DNA from: Ptychomitrium polyphyllum
Taxonomy: Eukaryota
Length of the DNA: 64,000 nucleotides
Direction of reading: 5' to 3'
Assembly (NCBI GenBank): GCA_973851085.1
Contig: OZ316776.1
Span: forward strand, 8,370,001-8,434,000
This document shows, piece by piece, positions 13,923 to 26,939 of the stretch; the first letter of the stretch is position 1; the number at the start of each line of letters is the position of its first letter. The translations under genes and the position numbers were made by a program. The notes beneath the pieces were generated by a model, which searched no databases, was not told the origin of the DNA, and saw nothing but the letters and a program-made list of their open reading frames with translations.

Positions 13923-15135
13923 TCACGGAACAGCATCCCATCGCAAACTCATACTAAAAGCAGCCTCGACTTCGGGATCAATAAGCGTACATCTGCTATC
14001 ATCTCCCATATCTGGAGGCATATGCCAGTCATTTGCAGATGTCATAAAGTCTAAGGAGCTGTTGGTGGCGATCCTTCGAACAACCGATGTCCACCAACAG
14101 AAAGATAGGCCCTCCGATAGCGCAAAAGAATACCTTATGATTAATTGGTATATAATCTGTTGCGCTGCTGTTGACAATCCTCAAGTCAGATGTGTTTGTT
14201 TTGCCATGCGTGTTCCGAAACCTGGACCCCCTACGATCACGCGGTCGCCAGGACCATTCATGGAGCACAAACAGGCGGTCTTCACCATTGAGCACCCTCT
14301 TAGATTAATGCACTCAGAACCTCAAGATACAGTTACAGGTTAGTATATCGGTCAACAAGCCTAAACGTCGTCTTTATTGTTATATGTGCTTCCAGGCTAG
14401 TGTTTTGGCCAGTAACTTGGCCAATAAACTTGTACATCGTCTTGGTTGTGCAATCGAAAACACAAGGATTATCCTTCTGCAGGTTATTACGCATGAGTCT
14501 GCTAGAAATATTTCCATTAACCAGATCAGACTCCATAGAGCTCCATGCACCTGCTCTGGAATGGTAACACTGCGCAGCTGCATAATTTTCTTTCAAATCA
14601 TCACCAAACACAATGACGACCTTGTAACATCCTGTATCCTCTTCCGTAACAAGCTGCACTGTGACCATCCTCCAATTTTTTAGTGGTAGGTAACGCAAGC
14701 AAGGCAGAGCTTTCCACTCATCGGTCAACGGATTGTCAGTACGAATCGGAGAATTGATCAATAACCTTGTTTCTGAAACAAAACAACATAATCCTCCATC
14801 ATATTGAGTGATCCATGTACTTCACCAAATTATTTGCCACGGTGCCAAAAGCCCTGGTTGAAACCGACTAAATCACGTTTAATCCACTCCTTCGACTTCA
14901 TGTCCTACACTACATTACAAACTTTTTCCTCTGGTAACACAACTGCAAAGAGCTTTGGATGCCTTTCAATGCAAAGGCCTCTAAATTCGGTGGTTTTCAA
15001 CATTGTAGAGCAAGTCGACTGCGCATGAATATACAAGTTTAATTTGGCAATGGGTAGCCTTGCAAGCGCAAACTATACGAAATCCACTGGTAATGCGCTC
15101 CATATATATTGGTCTATCACCTCTTGATGAACCAT
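13923..15135 (-). pseudogene. F-box protein pseudogene
   Basis: From ATG 15135: MVHQEVIDQYIWSALPVDFV*FALARLP (F-box with a stop). Then DGGLCCF, NPLTDEWKALP, CYKVVIV, YHSRAGAWS, DRLFVLH and terminal LRWDAVP*, spread over several frames with multiple stops. Confidence 0.8.
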
Positions 15136-16392
15136 ATAACAGTGAAATCACGTTTAATCCACTGTGACTAAATCACGTGAAATCCAGCAATATGAAATCC
15201 CAACAAATTCTTAAACCCTAAACCGATTCCTGGACGTTCACCGTGCCATTGTTTACGCCAATTTTGAATTCAACCTCATAGGCGTGCTCAGAAAGGTGAA
15301 GTGTGATCAGAATGACGACTAGCTTTCATACACAAGAGGGAATTTCCACACACCACTGTAGATATCACAATGCGAGCTTCAGAAGCGAGAGGTCGAGAAA
15401 CCAACACTTACATGAATGCGGGGACCTTAATATCAAACTTGAGATTCAGCGTGTAGCTTACAATCCTCTGAGAAATGTTGAAATCCCTTACGCTTAAACG
15501 AACCCTAGAAATAGAGCAGCCAGACGATGAGGATCTTCATTACCAGGCTGCCTGGGCTAGGCTTCTAGGTTTGCGGAGGTCAAGCACTCGTTCTAGACTT
15601 CCCAAGTTCCTGCCAATTGCTTCAACATTCTTCAGAAAGCAGCTGAAAAATCCATAAGTTGCCTCTTGGCCAATTGAACTATGCTTGTTCACCCTGCCAA
15701 AATGCTGCGTTCAGAAAATTAAGCTCATGCAAGTGGAATACAAGCATAAGAAATCTCAGCCTTGGTGATTGCCAGAAACAATTTAATTCGAGTACCAATT
15801 AGAAAAATATTGTATGCTTCAGGCGTTTCAAACGTAATTTGTCGATCGCTGCGTGATGATCAACCAATTGTGACTCACAAGGTTACAGGTACATGCGTCC
15901 GGCAATGAAACTTGCCTGCACATCGTCAACATCGTTCGCGGTAATACCATATGTGGAATTTGGAAACACATGAACTTACCGATGTGTTGATTGATCTCTT
16001 GCAGGTTACACATATTACGAGCATTGCCTGCTGGAGTTCTAAGGGGTACGTAACAGAATTAGTTGTCTTTGTCAAACTAATCACTGTTCTATAAGCCACA
16101 ATGCCGAGCTTCAGCATTTCGAAATTTGAATTGGTGCAAGCATTTGGCTGTAGACTGTAAAACTTCAATTTAAGAGATTTGAGAGAATTTCAGCTAAGTC
16201 AAGCAGAAGCTATGCGGATCTCGCCGATCCCTGCTATGCGAATTTTACTAGGGTATTCTGGTCTGCATTGATTGTGCACGACGATGCCTGTGTTGATTGT
16301 CCTTGCGATTTTCATTTGGTGCACGCCCGTTTGGATTTTTACGCTGATGTTTGGCAGGCGAGCTTGTTCGTTGTCGACAGGGCTGGACTGAA

Positions 16393-18280
16393 ATGGCGTT
16401 GCCATGGGCGAGCTGTGGCTCACTGCGGTCCTCTCCGGGGTGTGGAGTATTCGAGTGTGGCCCTTGGAATGTATCATTTTCCATTTGTACCCCTGCTCCG
16501 AGGCCGGTGATGCCACGATTGAGGGACGTCCAGAGGATTAGAGGCGTTTGTGCAGCGACCGGGAAGGACGAGAGGAGCAGCGATGCTGTGCGCGCAGGAC
16601 CTAGAATTCTGTTTGCCGCGGGGGGCACGGGGGGCCATGTGTATCCAGCTCTCGCAATTGCGGACGAGGTGGGGAAGCTGAATCCGGCGGCCGAGATCGA
16701 GTTCGTGGGGACCAGAGAGCGGATGGAGTGGGTTGCAGTGCCCAGAGCAGGCTATGCGATCTCGCCGATCCCTGCTGTGGCGATACGGCGGCCGTTTTGG
16801 AGCCTGTCCAATGTGTTTTTGCCCGTGCGGTTGCTCCTCTGCCTGTGGGTTTCCTGGAGAATCGTGCGCAGGTTTCGGCCCGATGTGGTGGTCGGAACGG
16901 GGGGCTATGTCGCAGGTCCGTTGTGTCTCATGGCAGCCCTGAGTGGGGTCGCGGTGGCTATCCAGGAGCAGAACGCGTATGCGGGACTGAGCAACCGCAT
17001 CCTCGGCAGGGTTGCGAAGGTGGTGTTCGTGGCTTTCGCGGCTGCTGCCGTCTACTTTCCCGAGAGCAGATGCGTCTTGGTTGGGAATCCCACGAGGCGT
17101 GTGCTCCAGCAGCCGATTGACCGGTTGTCTGCGCTGCGAACGTTTTTCGGTGGCGCGGGGTTGGATGCGGGCGGAGGCGAGGAGGTCGTCGGTGTGATGG
17201 GAGGATCTCTTGGGGCCCGTCTCGTCAACGAGGCGATGGCAGGAATAGCCGTATCCTTGTTGGAGCAGAACCCGCGGAGGTACATCATCTGGCAAACCGG
17301 GGCGACGAATTACGACACCACCCGGAGAAGAGTTGGCACGCACCCACGATTGGCTCTTTTGCCGTGGGTACTCGCAACCCCTGTCCTACGTCCACTAGGT
17401 TGCGGGTTCCCGGTAACCTGGGAAAGTGGTGATCGAGCTCCACTCGTTCTGCTACCGGTGATTGCATGACTCTGTCGTGGTCGAAGCTCGCTCGGAGCTC
17501 GAAATATGCGGAAGGCTCTTCGGTGGCCTCCCGCGAAGAAGAGTTCACTGATGCGGTTCCTGGATGGGTGGCAGGTATGTGGACGCCATGGAAATGATGT
17601 ATGCGAGTGCAGATGTCGTCGTAGCAAGGGCAGGTGCAATAACCTGCAGCGAGTTGCTGGTGACTGCCACGCCGGCCATTCTGGTACGAGCTTCGGACGA
17701 CGAGAGATGTGGTGTCAGTTCCAATGGAAGTGCTTCTTCAGCATGAGACTCCTTGGCACGAAATGCGTCGATGGTCTCTGCTCTGGATTGTTGCATTCTC
17801 TGCTGATGTGTCCGCAAGAGTGCGCTGAGCGTGGGGAGTCATGACAGGTTCCGGCCACTTCTGTAGCTGAGGATCATCAGACGAAGAACGCTCGGGCCAT
17901 GGCTGAGGCCGGCGCTGCCGTCATCCTACCAGAGGGAGATCTCGATGCAGAGAGTCTCGCGACAGCGGTCTTGAGGATTCTAGGTGCTGTGGCCGACCCT
18001 CGTACCCTCCGTGTCCTTGACTGAACGATTTTGTGTTTTCTGGCCGTGCCACTTAGCTTCACTTTTCGATCGACTGTGCATGGTTAGGGAAATGTTGGGG
18101 CGGAGTGTGAGTCCATCCGAGGTGCCATGCGAAGTAAGAAGCGGTTGGAAGGATAACGGTCTTGCTGTCTTAGCAGGAGACGATGCAGTGCAGAAGAGGA
18201 TGCGAAGGGCTGCGCTGGAGATGGCAGCGCCAGGTTCAGCAAAGCAGCTAGCCGAACATGTGCTCTCGTTGGCAGCATGA
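16393..18280 (+). CDS. murG: MurG UDP-GlcNAc:lipid I GlcNAc transferase (GT28), probably plastid-targeted, 4 exons (16393-17363, 17575-17683, 17848-17983, 18177-18280)
   Basis: AGGTGGHVYPALAIA, GTGGYVAGP, QEQNAYAG, GNPTR, MGGSLGA, ARAGAITCSE and EDHQTKNA. Ser/Arg-rich N-terminal extension. GT-AG introns are in phase. Confidence 0.95.
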
Positions 18281-18500
18281 TACTTCGTGAAGCCATGGAA
18301 CACGGTCGATCGATGTGGTCGCTCCAGGTTTTCGTCCGAGAAATGCGACCAGACAGCGTGTTCGCAAGGTATGAAATGCTCGTACATGGCCTTCCTTCGG
18401 GTGTTCTATCAGCTGGGAATCGGCTTCTTCTCATTCGCAAAGCACGAAGAAGAAGAATGTGTACACTCTCTCGCTCTTGATAGCGACGGACGGAAGCCTG

Positions 18501-21206
18501 ACCTCAGTGTTCGTAGTCCACAAATTCCGCTGTGCCCGTGTTCCACACCCCAACTGTGTCTACTGTGACCGGCTCGGAGCCGTTGTTGAACAGGAAAACA
18601 TGCCGATTTCTTCCTTGAGCATATTGGGGATATACTCTGGAGGCAATCACTGTCCGGCCGCCCTGTGCAGACGTCTCCACCACGGAGTGATCCACCTGCA
18701 GACGCTCCGGAAGTGTGATCAGTCCTACACCGGTGACGGGGAGCAGAATCGTTGCTTTCACATTGTTTGGAGCGTATACTTCGCAGTTTGGTCAGATACT
18801 CACATAAAGTTGTAGTTTAAGGGATTTGTCATCTTCATAAAGTCGTACGTAGCTGCCGTACGTTGTTTTGTCGATTGTGAGTTGTGTAGATACTGTAGTT
18901 CTGTAGTCATGAAGAGACGCAGGTGAAAAGGGAAGAAGTTGCAGTAGAATGTAGGTGCAAGCGCAGCAGAGGATGAGTGCTGTAAAGGTGGGAACCCTAG
19001 AGATCATATACTTGCTATGATCATGAATACGACTCTTCTAGCCGTCTTTCTTGGAGTATACAAAGTAGAAGTACGCTGCTGTCCCCGTGGCAGACTCTGG
19101 GACTTCCCTGCTACTTCAAATCATCCGTTCCAGTTCTAGCTACCCGAAAGGTCCGTACATGCCCGTCATTGATGCACCTTTCTGACTGCAAACGTAATGT
19201 CCCGACTCAGCAAGTACATCGGGCGGTGTCGGTCCTTGCTTGACATCAGGAATCTTGAAGTCCACCAATATGTCGAGTTGTAGAGTGCAAGGGCGACTTT
19301 CTGAGGCAAGATGCAGGTACTGCAGAACCTTTCCATCTTTCAGAAATCCTGGCTTGTCCCTTCTAGTGATTATCAAGAGAGTTATTCACCGTTTCTCAAG
19401 GATCTCTTGAAACAGTTTAGAGCATTGTGTTGACAGCACTGCTTGCCTGCTTTTGTGGTGAGAAGCACATGTTTACAGTAGTGTACACTAAATTGAGATA
19501 ATTGAGTTCCTGAACACCTGAAACATTCATTAGTCGTGCCACTTCCCCTGCCTTCAGATTACATTTCGTAATGTGATTTTGCCATGGCGAAATTTCTGGA
19601 CTTCTTTGATGGGCCACTGGAGGAGATTGGTGCTGGTCTTCTTGTCCAGCCAAACAACTCTGGGTATTGACAGCTGACAACGCATGCGGTATATTAGAGT
19701 CATATGTAAGCCTGTGCTTTGGCGCAAGTGATAGATATGCATCAAATCCTAGCCTGTCACTTCAATACTAATGCAAACAAATACCAGCTGAGCGGAGATT
19801 TCTACCTGAAGGCCTGCCCAGCCTTTAGCAACATCGTCCATTGTGCTGGTGGACTCATTTATCTGAACAGAAGAGCAGTGCCAACAAGCCCTCCCTCACA
19901 GTAATTCGCTCCCACGAGCGTTCTCCACACCCCATCAGAAAGTTTCCAGGCTTCTGTGGGATCTCGGAATTGCGATGTATTGTATCCTGGAGGTGTCTCG
20001 GCAATTGGATTGTACGGAGCCTTGAGCGATTACGCACAAGAGAAGAGTGGGATACAATCCATTAGAAAATTTAAGTAGATTCATCTAATTTATCTGACGT
20101 TCTTTTCGGTGATTGAAGTATGGAAAGTGAAGATACAGTTCAAAGATGAAAATTGCTTACAGTATACAGAAATAGAATCTGACCTTAATTTAGTTCCTGA
20201 GCAAAGGATCAGAAGGATTCTCTGAATCAGGAACGTCATTCAGGAACGTGATCGAGCCTGACCATACTCCCGTTAGCATCATTCCACTAATCACGCCTCA
20301 AGGTTGCCCCCTAAGTACTCCCAGTGTATCATGTCCTTGGCGACGGCATGGTGCCATTCGATTGTTCCAAGAATGGCGGCAAATGGGTTGTACTGATAGA
20401 AGAGGTGGTAGTAACCTTTGTAGTATACAGGGCTTGTAAGGGAGAGAATTATTTCACTATGTCTCATCAGGCTTCCTTTCTCGACATCGACAATGCGAAA
20501 CTCAGGTGTTATTGCAAAATGTACAACCTTCATGTTGCCGATTAGGAAAGGAGAGGTGGAATGGTGCTCACCATTTGGATCTGTTGTGTATTGGTCACGG
20601 AAAGACGGTCCCCACCAAGTCACACCCACGGAAGCTCAGTATGACAGAATCAAGGCGAGAGCTCGTCAGTCCAGTTGAGAGATCTATCTCTTTTGTCAGT
20701 ATTATTATGCTAAAAGGAATAGGAAATTTTGAGTTCTGAGTAAACGAACTAAGGAAAGTGTCCTATGCGAGATAGTGAATTTTGATCATATAAGCCCAAT
20801 CTAGCTTCAATTGCAGTTGCCAAGCCAAGTCCTCACAGATCCATGCCTAACAACATTTATGATACCGAAGATCCAGGATTTCGGAACCGATAGGCTTCAG
20901 CTCTGTTGCGGACCCTAGTGATACCAATCTACGAGGTGCCATAAACAAGAATGGAGGATTAACCAACGTACCGTTCATCCAGTAGCTTTTTGGTTGGAAG
21001 TGATACCCCGTTCTGTAAGGTGTGTCCGACCTGGAGTTGTTGATCGGCGCTGAAACATTATTCTCGACTGTGATCTTCCCTTCTGCGAGCAGGCTTGCTA
21101 CTTCCAAGGAAGCGGAGTACCAATCAGCTTCCACTTGAGACACGGCTATGGTCAGGTTCAACAGAAATAGCACTGCCAAAGGTATGGTGTACTGCTGGAT
21201 CTCCAT
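18501..21206 (-). pseudogene. GH32 acid invertase / beta-fructofuranosidase pseudogene
   Basis: Signal peptide, RTGYHFQP, WMN + 9-nt mini-exon (20572-20580, DPN), [46 protein letters not shown] and SRVYP. Frameshifts, a mutated acceptor and absence of the WECPD region. Confidence 0.88.
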
Positions 21207-24200
21207 GGTTGAATGTACAGCTTGAACGCAGCAATGAGCTGAATTACTTGCTCTCCAGTTCTGATATTTCTTTATACTCCCTGATATCAGAGTCTTGGTA
21301 GGTCGTTGATTCGTAGATTGGTCCCCTTAACCACCCCTCCAAAGCTGTGACCACCATTAGTTTATCCTTAACTTTCTGAGATTTTGTTATGTATCTTTTC
21401 ACAGTGACTATAAAGTTACTTTGATTATTTGTGATCCATGCGTTGCCTGTGTCACTAATATGTGTATTGCAAGATCCTTTCCAGTTTATTCTTGTCAGGA
21501 GAATGCGAGTCCTTCACTTAGTCCTTCGTCGTGCGCAAAACGAGCTCAAACTTATTTCACGAGATTCTTACCTGGCTGGTGTAGCTTCAATGGCTTCCGA
21601 CACTGCGCCGTCGTAGAGTTACGAGTCAGCGGTAATTGTACTCTTTAATGAATAGGCGACATTCTCTTACGCTTCGGCTGACACCTTGACCAGGGGGAAT
21701 ATCCAAGTGATCAATTGTCTTGGTTAAAATATTAGATCATGCCTGGCACCGTGGTCATGATCACTTTCGTGAAGAATGTTGTGGAGGCAGGAGATGTGTT
21801 GCTTCTGTTATTGTGCACAGGGCAGAATGCTAAATTTTCATTGGATCATTAATCACTCGTATGTTTTAAGACCCTCAACAATTGCATTTTGCAGGCTTTT
21901 GCTACTTCCCGGAACCAGAGCAGAGCAAAACGAATGTTTATGTCCACCTAACAGCAGCACGCTTTCTACTCATTCAAGATTCGCACCATCGGTAGGTCTA
22001 CACCTCAAGTTTAGTCGTGGAAGACTTTAGCTATTGTTAGAAAGTTGTATTGTGTTATTGATAGGATCAGAACTGGAGTTACTGATAGAATCAAAAGTTC
22101 AATGTTGTTGGAGGACACGGAAACTGTTTCTCATCCAGGCTCTCACCGAGGTTTTTGCCATCTTTTAACCCATGTTAACTCAATATCCGTCTCATGCTAA
22201 GGAGGTAACAATTTTGTGAAGTGTCCGAAGTTCTTGAAGTAGATTGGCGTCTTCGTTATCAACTTTGGTCACACGTTGAACATGTACGCGTGTGATTCAA
22301 ACTTTGGCTCTTGGGAATTACGAATGGTCCACTTATTGAAAGTATTCTTCCCGAAGGATGCAGCACTAAAACTCCTCCACGATGTTCTTCTCTGAGGATG
22401 ACGTGCTAATGTCCTTCTATTGTGGCTAAGAATTCACCTAAATGGTGCCTGTTACTTTTGAGGTTAGTCGAACAGAACATGCGAGGACCCTTTCTGGATT
22501 TGGTGATTCTGTCCCACAAGTACATGATTCACCATGAAATAAATGTGGACCAAAAATTGGCAGGATTGAGTTAACATCCTAGAGCTGAGTGAACTTATCT
22601 GGAAGCTTTTGATACGAGCTTAAATATGACATAGCACGAACTTGGAAATTAGACCTGTAGCCGGTGTGTATCCTTCATAGGGCGTTTACACTTGTTGTAG
22701 TCCAACTGCACAGTTCCCTACTTTTGGAAAGAAAGTGCTACGGCATATTGTAGCGATGTTGTAGTAAACTACATAGTTGCAGAAACAAGGGTTGGTTGAG
22801 GAATTTTGTAGAAAGACACTATAGTCTTTTAAAAGAGCCTGTTTAAGGAGTGTCCGAATCATCCCTCACCTTCGGTAGTGCACCTGCACAGCAGCACCTA
22901 ATATAAACACCAAACATAATGGCCATTGTGATGCTGCAGATAATGAACAATTTTAACCAATAGATAGACTGGACATTGTATACATAAGCACATGGTAAGC
23001 GCTTCTGTTACTGTGGGATTGATCCACTACTGTACCTGCTTGACGGTTTGTCCCATGCCTTATCAGTTGAGACGAACTAAAGAATTGTCGGACACACTAA
23101 ATTTTGGCCGGAAGATATTGAAAAGCAATCTAGTTACAGGACCGTCCCGAGATGCGCCCACGACTGCCAGATCGAAGGTCCTGGCTGTACGCTGGAAGGT
23201 GAAAGCTCCGTGGTGGGAGGTGTTTGTGTTTCTAACTTATGTCTTCTTATGTATGGACTTGTATGCACGGTTAACTTGGAACATCACCATGATACTGAAA
23301 TATCACCATGGCAGTCAGAAATACGACACGTTTACACATGGCTCCATGTCAAAATCTATTTGGTGTAAGTTACGGTAAGCTTATCCAATGTTGATTCCAG
23401 ATGCGCTGACGTTATGTAGAAAGGGTAAAAATGTGTTCTATTAATCGGCCGGTGATATGCTCAGGTAGGGCTCAGATGTAAGCTGAAGCTATGGTGGAAC
23501 AACTCTTGACGGGTGATGACCAATTGATTTAGCTTTTATATTACCACACTCCGATCCAGTGAGCACTGTTGTACTGGTAAGCATAACTAAGGATTATAGA
23601 AAACTTGATTCCAGGTGACAAATGTTGCAGGTAGATTCGGCTCACCATGTGCGAGAAGGTATCTAAAGCTCATCGAGGTCAGTCTCATCTTGGCATGGGA
23701 AGTTGGAAAGCAAGGAGAAATCAAATCCACAAGAACGTGTTAAACCCGTGAGATGTGGAGGAGGTTGGAGAAAGCTATGGAAAGGCCATGGGATGCCGAT
23801 GGAGCGCCGAAAGGAGAGTGAAGCCTGGACTCATCGGGAAAAGTAGGTGAATTATAAATTGACTGGGTCATGTGTGACAAGTCACGATTCACCAGCTATA
23901 GCGTTAATGTGATTTTGTATAAAGATACAACAGCTCAAGGCTTTGGCGCCACAAGATTATTACTTGGGAAAAGCACTGTATCTGTAACTTTGACGTATAA
24001 ATTAATTGTTCATTTACAGAAACTTTTAGCTGGTTTTTGATCGACTATCTGTTCAGAGCAGACAAGACTCAATAGTAATACTAAAAAGTGCTGTCATGGG
24101 CAGTGAACTGTTCACATGATCTCTACGTGTACCATACGCTCATGGTCTGCAATCCAACATCTGAGTCTGCAGATTGCATTATGTTTCGTATATAGATTTT

Positions 24201-25311
24201 CTATAAGTGCCGTAGAAACAGTGGGGTCAATGGAACAGAACTCAAACTTCAATCCCGATTATAAATTGGACACCATGCGACCGGCTGTTCATCACGTCAT
24301 CAATGATTCTGCAGCTAATCTCCCCAATCAGCTCCCTCAAGTCTAGACTGACATCGGCCGCCAGACATGTCTTGACTATCATAAGCGCCACAGTGATTGG
24401 TGTCATACACGTGCCCAGTGTTTGCCAGCAGCTCATGCCAATCTTTCTTCATCAAATCACCTTCCATACGGCGCCGCAGTAAAGGTGAAATGACAATCCA
24501 GTCTCCATATCCAACTGCCACTATACGGTGGGGCGAATCAAGCACCCTTTGTGAGTATTTCGAGTACTTCGACGCTTCTGCCGCTTTGATCACCTCCTTA
24601 TCAGCCCTCAAGTACAAAACAGAACAGAATTAAGATCAGGGTTATCATATTATACACCATTTTTTAAGGCTTGGAAATCTGATACAAAGAATACAATGCA
24701 GGGTAGACTATCCGAACTCAGGTCTGCATATTGAATTAGGATTTGCGCAATCATCAAACTCAACCACCAACGCAAACTATGGTTATTCAAGCTCTAAATA
24801 GCTTTCCCAGTTGTTAATTTTACTACACAGAAACTGATAAGGAATTTTAATCGTGTGTTGAATATTAGTGACCAAGTTTTGCAAGCTTGATGCAGACTGA
24901 CCCGATCAATCCCACTGATTGTACAGATATACCTCGTGAGAAGATTGTGCTGCTGGCTGCCTACTCGTCTCTCCAACACCGCTCTATGCACCAAAAACGC
25001 GTCTAAGTTCAAAGTTCCATGAAACTACGGCACAAGGATCTATGCGAAATTGTTCCACAACAAGACATTAATGCCTCCTCTCTAGCCCCCGATCATGTTG
25101 CTGCTAAGAAGAGACCGAGTAAGTGAATCTTGGATGCAACAACAAGCAGTTCCGCAGTCAGACCTTCGAGCTGAATACTTCCAAGGTTCCGTTCAGCTCT
25201 CTGCAACAGCCATTGTACCAGTAGACACTCTCAAAACGACCATTTAGCAAACAGACAAGGCTCATCACAACACCTCAAGGCCACAAAATCTCTGAGCAAA
25301 CAAGTGCTACG

Positions 25312-25525
25312 TCTTGGTACAAGTGCGTGCTCAGCTCTCATGTACCTGTCTAGAAGCTGATACCTTACAAGTTTGATACCCTGTTTTTGGTCTGACCACA
25401 GGTGTATAGATTGAGGTAGGTTAGGACTTAACTTTGATGTGTGCTGTTTTGAATAGACAGGCTATCTTCATGCTACTGTATATATTTCTACTTTTTTTCA
25501 AGTAAAGAGTTCAATTATACCAACA
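25312..25525 (+). repeat. 5' LTR (~214 bp)
   Basis: Aligns with 28282-28493 and is followed by the PBS. Confidence 0.9.
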
Positions 25526-26939
25526 TGGTATTAGAGTTTATGGGAAGCAAATATCTATTGTAGTAGATCTAGTAACTAGAAAATTGAGTGAACAATGAAA
25601 ACATTGAGTGAGTCTCATGTCTTATAGGAACATAGTGAAAGATGTCATTAGCCCAAACAAGGGGTCCTAGAGATAGAATAATTTCAAACATAGAAACAAA
25701 GGGAAAAATAATTGTTGACTTTGAACAAATAGAAGAGAACTTTTTTGACCATACTCAAGTCTAAAATCAAAGAAGTCTATAATGACTTAGATATTGAGTA
25801 GCAAGAGCATTTCTTTTGGAGAAGCTAACAAGCTTTCTAGAGATGAAAATTATAGTGTCTAGAAAGTCAAGATGAAAGTTCACCTAAAGAAAGAAAAACT
25901 TTAGGGCATTATAGTAAATAAGATAGCTTCTACAATCTTTCTTCAGGTGATTGGCACACTAAAGAATGTAAGTGAGAACAAGCTAATAGAGGATAAGGTA
26001 GCAGCTATTAATGCAATTATTGACTCTATTTATGATGAAATAATTCATGACATAACAAATTTCAATGATCCAACCAATTCATGGGCAATGTTGAAACAAA
26101 GTTTTAAATTTAGAGATTTTTTGCATATATTAATAGTAGCCTTTGTATATCAACTTATTGAAAATGAAATAAGGAAGTTCAATGGAGGATTATATTTGGA
26201 ACGCTAAAAAAGTGCAAGGCAAGATGGCTTGTATGGAAGAATTAATATTTAATAAAATTATGTTTAAAGTCATGTTTTAGGGAATCTCCAAAAGCTATGA
26301 AAGCACAATTATCAATTTTTGAAACATGGAATTGATTCCAACTTTTGACAAGTTATATGCCAAATTATTGCTTGAAGCTCACAACATATATCAATGCATG
26401 ATTTAGCCAGAAAAAAAACTAGACATAGAAGTATCCTATGTTAAATATTAAGGGAGCAATTTTAATTGAGGTGGTAGAAGCTCAAGCTTCAAAGGTAGAA
26501 GATGTAGATTAAATTCATTGAAAAGATGAGGTTGTGGCACAAGTCAAGATAATAACAATAATACTTTTTATTGTCACAAAACAATTAATGAGCAGAATTA
26601 GTTTTAAAATTTTAGTACTTCAACACGTATGATCAAGGTTAAGGATAATTTAAATAACTTCTATCATGTACATAAGTCATGCAACATTCTTACGCTTTAT
26701 AAAAAGCTCTTTTAGAAATATCTTAGAAATTACAAGCATTATAGTATAAATAAAAAGTAAGACAAATATACTTTAGTCTTGCCAATACAAGTTGTGGATC
26801 ATGTAATATTATGTGCTTATTATTATCTTTATATTTATTCTTATTAATTATTAATTCTTTGGAAGTTAATTTTTAAGAATCACTTTGTATTTGCTTCTTA
26901 CTTTATGTGTTCCTAATTATTGAACAACTTAGATGCTTT

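Noticed and set aside
16474..17343. 289-aa minus-strand ORF and other overlapping ORFs in murG
   Set aside because: By-products of high GC in murG exon 1, with no recognisable motifs.
24242..25012. Coding-like minus-strand fragments (SLHQACKTW, RIVAVGYGDW) possibly from another dead gene
   Set aside because: Too short and degenerate to assign a family.
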